Program-made: the position numbers and the translations under genes
Shown: piece after piece, positions 57,206 through 64,000 of the stretch
How the letters are laid out: each line of letters begins with the position of its first letter
Position numbering within the stretch: the stretch's first letter is position 1
DNA from: a virus
Strand: one strand, 5' to 3'
Length of the DNA stretch: 64,000 bases
IMG/VR virus record: IMGVR_UViG_3300017605_000342
Span: 96,875 to 160,874 of that record
Notes under the pieces: generated by a model
What the model was told of the DNA's origin: nothing
The model's database searches: none
What the model saw: only the letters and a program-made list of their open reading frames with translations

Positions 57206-59378
57206 CCCTAGAAGAGCGTATCAAAGCAATTCCAGGTAAAGACGGTTTCTGGAAGTCGGACACAGAGCGTGTTTTCGTCAATACAGCCAAGATGTTACTA
57301 ACAATTGGATGCGGAGATGAACGCCCGCTAACAGAAGACGAAGTTGTTGACATGTTGGAAAATCTGTGGTACGCTGTATCGAATGAGTACGGTAACTAAA
57401 TGGAATACTTAGTCCTGTCAGTTTATCTCACCATCGATGAAACTTTTGGCGAAGATCGTACAGAAGAACTTAAAGTCATGAGAAATGTTAGGGAAAAATT
57501 GAACGAGCTACCCAAAACAGAAGTTACCTTTATAGAAATTACAGAGGTCGGGGCGTAGGCTATGCCAACAGTTGATGGGTATGATCCTTGGAAACACGTG
57601 CACCAGCTTGAAGGGGAGCTAGAAGCCGCCGAGCAACATGTTAAAATACTACGCTCAGTACATCACGATTTAGACTGTAAAATTATTGGATTAGAGTTGG
57701 AGCTTAAGAAGCAGCGGGCATACCGGGACCAACGAGATTACTACGCACAACTGTTATACGAAGTTAAAAAAGAGAATACTGCACTCAAGCAAGTCATAGC
57801 AGATCTGTCAAAATAGCTACGTACTATGGGTATAGAACGATGAGCGAAGAACGGCATGTAACTGAAGTACGTCTCAGAAATGATATTCAACCACCTTACG
57901 GTCATTGGCGCGTGAGTTGTAAATACTCAGATGGTTCGGAGTGGACTACCGGAGCGCTAATACACTTCTCCGTGCTTGACCCAGTTGCCATTGCTCAAGA
58001 GATAGCTAACCAGTTTGGTGTTTGTCTTATTGACTACAGGCGTGAACAAGACGGGCGTATGCTAAAAGGTACAGGCAGGTACAAGTGGGTTCCTGCATCC
58101 CAACGTAAGGAAGGGCAAAAGACTAACCTTACACAGGACTAAACTATGAAAGTCGGAGACAAAGCAACAATGTTGTTTCATGGTGCGGGTGTGACATCTA
58201 AAGAAAAGATGTCTGTAACAAAAGTTACAGCTAACCAAATAACACTCGATGGCAAATGGATCTTCAATGCCCATACCGGGCGCTGTATTAATGATCTAAA
58301 CGACTTTGGCTTTTGGCGGGAATTGGCTTTGCCCAAACACAAGCCAAACAAACCATGAAAGTACCAACACCATTACTGAGCGGAGGTAATATCCAACGGT
58401 GTTATTTTTCATCTAAGGATGATACTCATTACATACCCCTAGAGCCTTTTGAATACAACAATTGGGTTGGATGTGCGTGTCCCGATGTTAGCCACGGGCT
58501 AACCTTTGAGCAGATGGAGCAGGAACGTGCAGTTAAAAAAATTTGATGAGTATTTCTATCGCTACCAAGATGTAGCGTATTCGTTGGGAACAGACGAGTG
58601 GGATAACCCACTGCCGGGATATAACCTTGCCGTTGAGTGTTACAAGTACCCTGTAATAAAGCACACTGCAAAAGGTACGTGGATAGACTTAGGGTTTGGC
58701 AAACGGTTTGTGCTGCGGACAGCTAGGCGTAGATTTGCAGCGGCTACCCAAGCTGACGCAATGGTTTGCTTCCGCGCCCGCAAGCAAAGTCAGATACGTA
58801 TTCTACGTGGTAAATTAAAACGCGCTGAGCAGGCATTGGAGTTGTGTGATGGCATCGAAGATCTGTTCTAAATGTCAGCGTAGTGAAAAGTATTATATCC
58901 TACTAGCACTGTTACAGTTGCATACGCAGACAGAGGCCCCACCAGCCGCGATTTGCCCTGCTGACGGTGGCACCCACGAGTTTTTGGTATTCCGAGACGG
59001 CGACCATGACGAAGACTGAACGACGTAGATTAGAAGACAAAATAGACAATGAGGGATTTGATTACTGTTTCCGCCATTACAGCAGCTTTCCCGAAATCAA
59101 GGACAAGAAGTTTCACGAGCTACGTAAGGCTTACATCGCTGCTTCCGAAGCTTTAGAAAAACATCTTTTAGGTATTAAATGAACACACTTAAAGAATTTG
59201 AAACACTGTATCATGAACAGTACGGTCAAGAGTTAGCACAATGTGACAGTTGGATAAAATGGTGTAAGAGCCAAACCCCGCCCGATACACATGGAATCAA
59301 CTTCTACCAAGGAATGCGCTCTGCACTTATTTTTAACGACATCAAAATGTATCAGTTGCTTCAGATTTTAAACCGTAT

Positions 59379-59471
59379 GGAAGGTTCCCGCTAAGTGGTT
59401 GGCAACCGGATTTGAACTCCGGTGGGCGACGGCTAATACCGTTGGGCGTTCGACTCGTCATCCTTCCTCCA
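59379..59471 (+). tRNA. tRNA-Ser(TGA), class II
   Basis: GGAAGG/CCTTCC acceptor, CCGGA-TTTGAAC-TCCGG, long variable arm CGACGG/CCGTTG, T-loop TTCGACT, CCA; discriminator is T. Confidence 0.8.
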
Positions 59472-61053
59472 AACCTATCAAGGAATTACAATGAGAACAC
59501 TGTGGTTACTGACATTACTGTTATTAAGCGGGTGTGAAACCCCGGCACCTGTCAAGGTAGAAGACCAGCCAAAACCAAGAACCATTATGACCTGTGTTAA
59601 AACAGAGCGTAGAAAAGTGTTAGTATACGACCCGTTTACTCCAAAGATGTTTAAGGAAGAGTTTTTCATGCCCAAGAACTGGGACCGTAAATGGAAAGAC
59701 GTGTGTGTAGAATACAAAGAGACAGTGGTACCATGAGACTATTTAACTTCTTTTCAAAAGAATCTTTCAAAACCAAAAAGTTGCCTAAGAAGCTTTATGC
59801 TAAACTTACGGGTGATATTCTAAGCTTCCACGAAGCTGACGAACACTACTCGCTGCAATTACAAGACGGTGATGTTATAGGTGTGTACCACTTACATCGC
59901 AGTGAAGATGTGCATACTGTGCTAAGCCCCAGCCACCATGATAGTTGAAACTCCCGACGAGCTAGCTGAGACTATCGCAGATTGGTGCGGTGTTTACGGT
60001 AACATCCCCGAAGGGGAACGCGGCCATCTAGATAACTGCAAATGCAGGATGTGTTTTGTTGGAAAACTGGAACGCCGCATAAGACAATCTGTAGCAAACG
60101 AAAAGATACTTCAAGCTATTGCCGATGACAGCCACAGAAGCTCAAGCACAACTTAGAGATTACCTCAAGGAATGTCAGGGTTGCCGGCAGCGTGCGGCAA
60201 AGTGGTGGTGTGCCTACTGTAAAACCCCGCTATGTCCTGTGTGTTATAGACTAGATCGTAGAGCGTGGGCTTTCTGTGACCAATGTTATACAACCGTGTT
60301 AGATTCGAGATGGCGCTATGAGTAACCCAACAACACCCATAAAATTCACCCTAAGTTATATCTGCCCGACAACCCAAAACTTGGTGGTGCTGCAACCGCA
60401 TCAACTGCACTTGAGCAACGACTGCCAGATGGCCTGGCTGACAGTGGAAGAGTGTCCGGCCTGTAAGAGCTACCATTATTTTCTGGAGAAGTGAAATGGA
60501 GAAAGACAATCAAGGTTGGTACGTTGTAGAGACGTTGGAGTACAAGTCCAGACATTATACCTACGGGGATGCGGTCGCGCAGGCGGCGTCCATGTCAGAG
60601 ATCACTGGCTTCCCCTCCCTCATATTTAAAACAGTGAGCATTGTCAATGTCATTAATAAAACAACGACTATCCGACAATACCATGACCCTGACCCTACAC
60701 TATGACACACTGGTTTAAGCACAAGCGTTGGATTTGGTGCATAAGTTGTAATCCACGTCGCTGGCTGGTTGGGATCGAGTGGACACGCGGCAACCCCAAC
60801 TGGCCTAGCTTTCCGGTTATTGAGATCTTTGTGGGCTGCCTGCACGTGGCCATCACCCGCAGAGTGATTTTTAAAAACATACCTTTACAAACCATAGGAC
60901 TGTGATGCGATATATCAAATCAAACAACATGCATGGTTTTTACTTACACGATTCCCTAGAGTCTTTCCGGTGGGCCACCTGTGTCTCACAAAGAATTGAA
61001 GGTGAGTGGGGCGGCGTTGGTTGGGGTGAGCACGAGGTTCACGTATACATCCG

Positions 61054-61713
61054 ATGAGGCTTTTAGATTTGTTTTGCGGAGCCGGTGGGGCTTCTATGGG
61101 GTATGCTTTGGCGGGTTTCGCGGTATGTGGGGTGGACATCAAACCGCAGCCGCATTACCCGTTTCAGTTTATCCAAGCCGACGTTTTAGGATTCACTGTA
61201 GAAGATTTAGCGTCTTACGATGTTATACACGCAAGCCCTCCATGCCAAGCCCATGTCAAGGGTTTCGCCGCCGCAAACAAGTCATTAAACAGAGATAACT
61301 CTCACCCAACACTAATCCCTGTAATTAGAGATCTACTGGTTGCTTCTGGGAAAACTTACGTCATAGAAAACGTTGTCGGGGCACCTTTACAGACACCGAT
61401 ACAACTCTGTGGGTCGTCGTTTGGTTTGGGTGTCCGCCGCCATCGCTTATTTGAAAGCAACGCGACACTTAAACCATTACAATGTAAACACCATTTACAG
61501 ACAGAGAAAAAGTACTGGACTGGTTGGTGTCCCAACGGTGAGCGCAGGTTGGCCACTGTCGCTCAGGTTTACGGAAATGGTGGAGGGCGCGACCAATGGG
61601 CAGAGGCAATGGGGATAGACTGGATGACTCCAAAAGAACTGACCCAAGCCATACCGCCAAAGTACACCGAATATATCGGTAGACAACTACCTTTACAAAC
61701 GCTTTTAGAGTAA
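61054..61713 (+). CDS. DNA cytosine-5 methyltransferase (short type)
   Basis: LDLFCGAGG, HASPPCQ, ENV, RHRLF and QAIPP. Confidence 0.88.
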   Translation: MRLLDLFCGAGGASMGYALAGFAVCGVDIKPQPHYPFQFIQADVLGFTVEDLASYDVIHASPPCQAHVKGFAAANKSLNRDNSHPTLIPVIRDLLVASGKTYVIENVVGAPLQTPIQLCGSSFGLGVRRHRLFESNATLKPLQCKHHLQTEKKYWTGWCPNGERRLATVAQVYGNGGGRDQWAEAMGIDWMTPKELTQAIPPKYTEYIGRQLPLQTLLE

Positions 61714-62576
61714 TAAAATTTATGTTGACATTTGATCCTTAAACCATAAATTTTACCTTTACAATTACATATAAAATCATTTCTAAAATGTGTTTCCTCG
61801 GAAATACGTTTACATGTTTTACTTGCCAACGGTAACTTCCCTACCACTACCACTACCTTCCCGGTTAGCCTGCCCGTAACTCGTTGATTCTAAAGCCCGC
61901 ATAAACATTTAGTTACAGAAAAGAGATATATAAATAGATAAAAGAATGTCGGCGCGACGACATCAAAAGTACGACCGGACCTCTGCCGACCATCCGGTAG
62001 GCCCTAAACCCCCCATAAATCGTTGATTTTACACTGTTTAGGCTACGTTTACCTTGACAAAACGTTGTAGGGCCACCAGCCCGCAGGAGGACTAACGCAC
62101 ACCCCTGCGGGGTGTCTCCGACCTACCATGACTGTCTGCGATATATCCATGATATACTTATCGACGCCGCTAAGTCGTTGATACGACTATGTTTAGTTCC
62201 AGGCCTGCCGGCTGGAGAATGGCTCTGGATGCGGCTCTCCGGCCAGGCCGTGGAAACCCGCATGAACATTGACCTTGACAGCGACTGTCCTCGAAGATGC
62301 CCACTGGGCGCGGCTCGAGGCGGACAGGGTGGCGGGTAGACACACTCCGCAGACCGGAAAGCCTCGGCGCCCAAGAACGGCGCCCAGTCTATGTCTTCAG
62401 CCATCGTCGATGAAGACCATGTTATACAGTGTATCTTCGAGGAGTCGCTGTAGAACCGCTTACAGTGCGGGTTCGCGGGCATGGTGGCTGGAAACCCGCG
62501 TGGGCAGGGCATCCACCACAAGTCGAGCCGGATGTCAAGATATTTATTTTCACAGGGCGTCTTTTTTTCTTGAGGC

Positions 62577-64000
62577 GGGCAGGGCAAAAGCCGATACTAG
62601 TCCTGTAGTCGGGCAGGGCAGGGCTGGGGCAGGGCATGGCAGTTATCGGAAAAGTTTTCCATACGGATTAAGCTCTCCGAAACTGAAGTAAAAAACCAAA
62701 AGCACGTAGTGCGAAACGAGGTATCTATGAGACTAGCATTAGCAGTTCCCGCAATGATGTTTGCGGGGTTAGCGTATCTTCTATTGCAGCATGCGGGCAA
62801 GCTACTAGGGGGTTTCTAATATGAGACTGTCAAGGCGAGTCAAAGTTACCATGCTGGATGGCAGAGTACTGTTAGCAGAGTCCACAGAACGTGTCGATAT
62901 TCTTGCAACCTTGGGGATTAAAAAACTTGAGAGTATCGACATTGCAAGGGCAGGGCAGGGCGAGGCGGTCCAGCAGGGCGAGGCGGTCCAGCAGGGCAGG
63001 GCAGGGCTGGGCTGGGGAAGCGAAACCTACCTTGAAGAAAACGAGGTAATCTCTGAGCTTGTTTCGAGTTATCATCGACACGTTGCCCCACTATGTTAGC
63101 AGGGCAGGGCTGGGCTGGACCCCAGCAGGGCGAGGCGGTCCAGCAGGGCAGGGCAGGGCTGGGCAGGGCAGGGCAGGGCAGGGCAGGGCAAGGCAATGCT
63201 ACAGCTAAAGAATGTCAAGGGCAGGGCAGGGCTTTGACATTCTTAGGATGCTAGCATCACCAAAGCATCACCCAATCTAACAGAGGAGATAAACATCATG
63301 GCCCGTAAGCAAAAGAAGCAGCTAACGAACGCAGAGAAAGCCGCAAATCTGCGGGAAAGGGCGGAAAAGTATGAAGCAGGGGAAGTAACAACCAAAGTGG
63401 ACTTGCAGTTGCCCTTTGCAGAGTACGCCGAAATCGTTAACGGTAACATCCGGATTATCAAATTCCCAAAGCGCGTCGACGATGTGCGGCATTTTCTCCA
63501 CGTTTCACAGGGCGAGGCGAAATTCAAAGTTTTCTTACGCCCTTCAAAAGCAGGTGCGGGATTGCCGATTCCATCGTCCGTCCGTCCGTCTGTGGAATTT
63601 CCTCAAGGTATCGCGTACAAAGAAAGTGCGCCATCGTATTTCGGTACCATCTCCACAGTTTGTGAGGAAGCAATCGGCGCTTCTTTAGTCATCGGACTTT
63701 GCGCAAAGGAATTAGACATCTCCACACGTAAGAATGCTGAGCTTGAGAAAGCTCTCGCGGAGATGGCGGACAAAGCTAACAAGCGCGGGAAATAAGCAGG
63801 GCGAGGCGGTCCAGCAGGGCAGGGCAGGGAAGGGCAGGGCAGGGATTTTTCCCTGCCCTTTTTCTTTTGGTACAAAGGGCAGGGCAGGGCTGGGCTGGAC
63901 CCCAGCAGGGCGAGGCGGTCCAGCAGGGCAGGGCAGGGCTGGGCTGGACCCCAGCAGGGCGAGGCGGTCCAGCAGGGCAGGGCAGGGCTGGGCAGGGCAG
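62577..64000 (+). repeat. G-rich (GGGCA/GGGCT)n repeat clusters with a recurring core
   Basis: CAGGGCGAGGCGGTCCAGCAGGGC at ~62956, 62974, 63126, 63797, 63906 and 63955; 49-bp period at the right end; continues past the window. Confidence 0.9.
63298..63795 (+). CDS. Hypothetical basic protein between repeat clusters
   Basis: SD GAGGAG; clean 165-aa ORF whose stop abuts a repeat block. Confidence 0.7.
   Translation: MARKQKKQLTNAEKAANLRERAEKYEAGEVTTKVDLQLPFAEYAEIVNGNIRIIKFPKRVDDVRHFLHVSQGEAKFKVFLRPSKAGAGLPIPSSVRPSVEFPQGIAYKESAPSYFGTISTVCEEAIGASLVIGLCAKELDISTRKNAELEKALAEMADKANKRGK

Noticed and set aside
62112-63196. ORFs across the G-rich repeat region (62123..62587, 62269..62691, 62918..63196 and others)
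   Set aside because: Low-complexity translations of repeats or GC-rich DNA, with no recognisable motifs.
1-64000. Alternative genetic code or stop-codon reassignment
   Set aside because: Core genes (TerL, portal, capsid, PolA, Ro60) are intact under code 11, and no suppressor tRNA was seen.

Overview
This window is 64 kb of a tailed dsDNA phage genome (siphovirus-like; both ends are cut). Two gene arms diverge from back-to-back sigma70-like promoters at ~34.7 kb. The left arm (minus strand) is the morphogenesis operon. It runs TerS and TerL, a ~15.6-kb block of glycosyltransferases and lectin, beta-helix and repeat proteins, then portal, scaffold, capsid, head-tail joining proteins, tail tube, -1-frameshifted tail chaperones and tape measure. 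The right arm (plus strand) carries DNA polymerase A, SSB, nucleotide enzymes, a C5 methyltransferase and many small ORFs, and ends in G-rich (GGGCA)n repeats. The most striking region is an RNA-centred locus at ~39-49.5 kb. A Ro60/TROVE gene there is flanked by eight non-identical Y-RNA-like genes that share a covarying bulged stem and a WTACTTC motif; four carry different circularly permuted tRNA-like domains and four do not. Just upstream, an uncharacterised helical protein is followed by a separate ~275-nt structured RNA containing a permuted tRNA with an internal CCA. Nearby are a Thg1-like 3'-5' polymerase, a release-factor-like protein with GGQ changed to GGG, Hsp20 and tRNAs. All calls were made by eye from motifs and base-pairing; no database searches were run.
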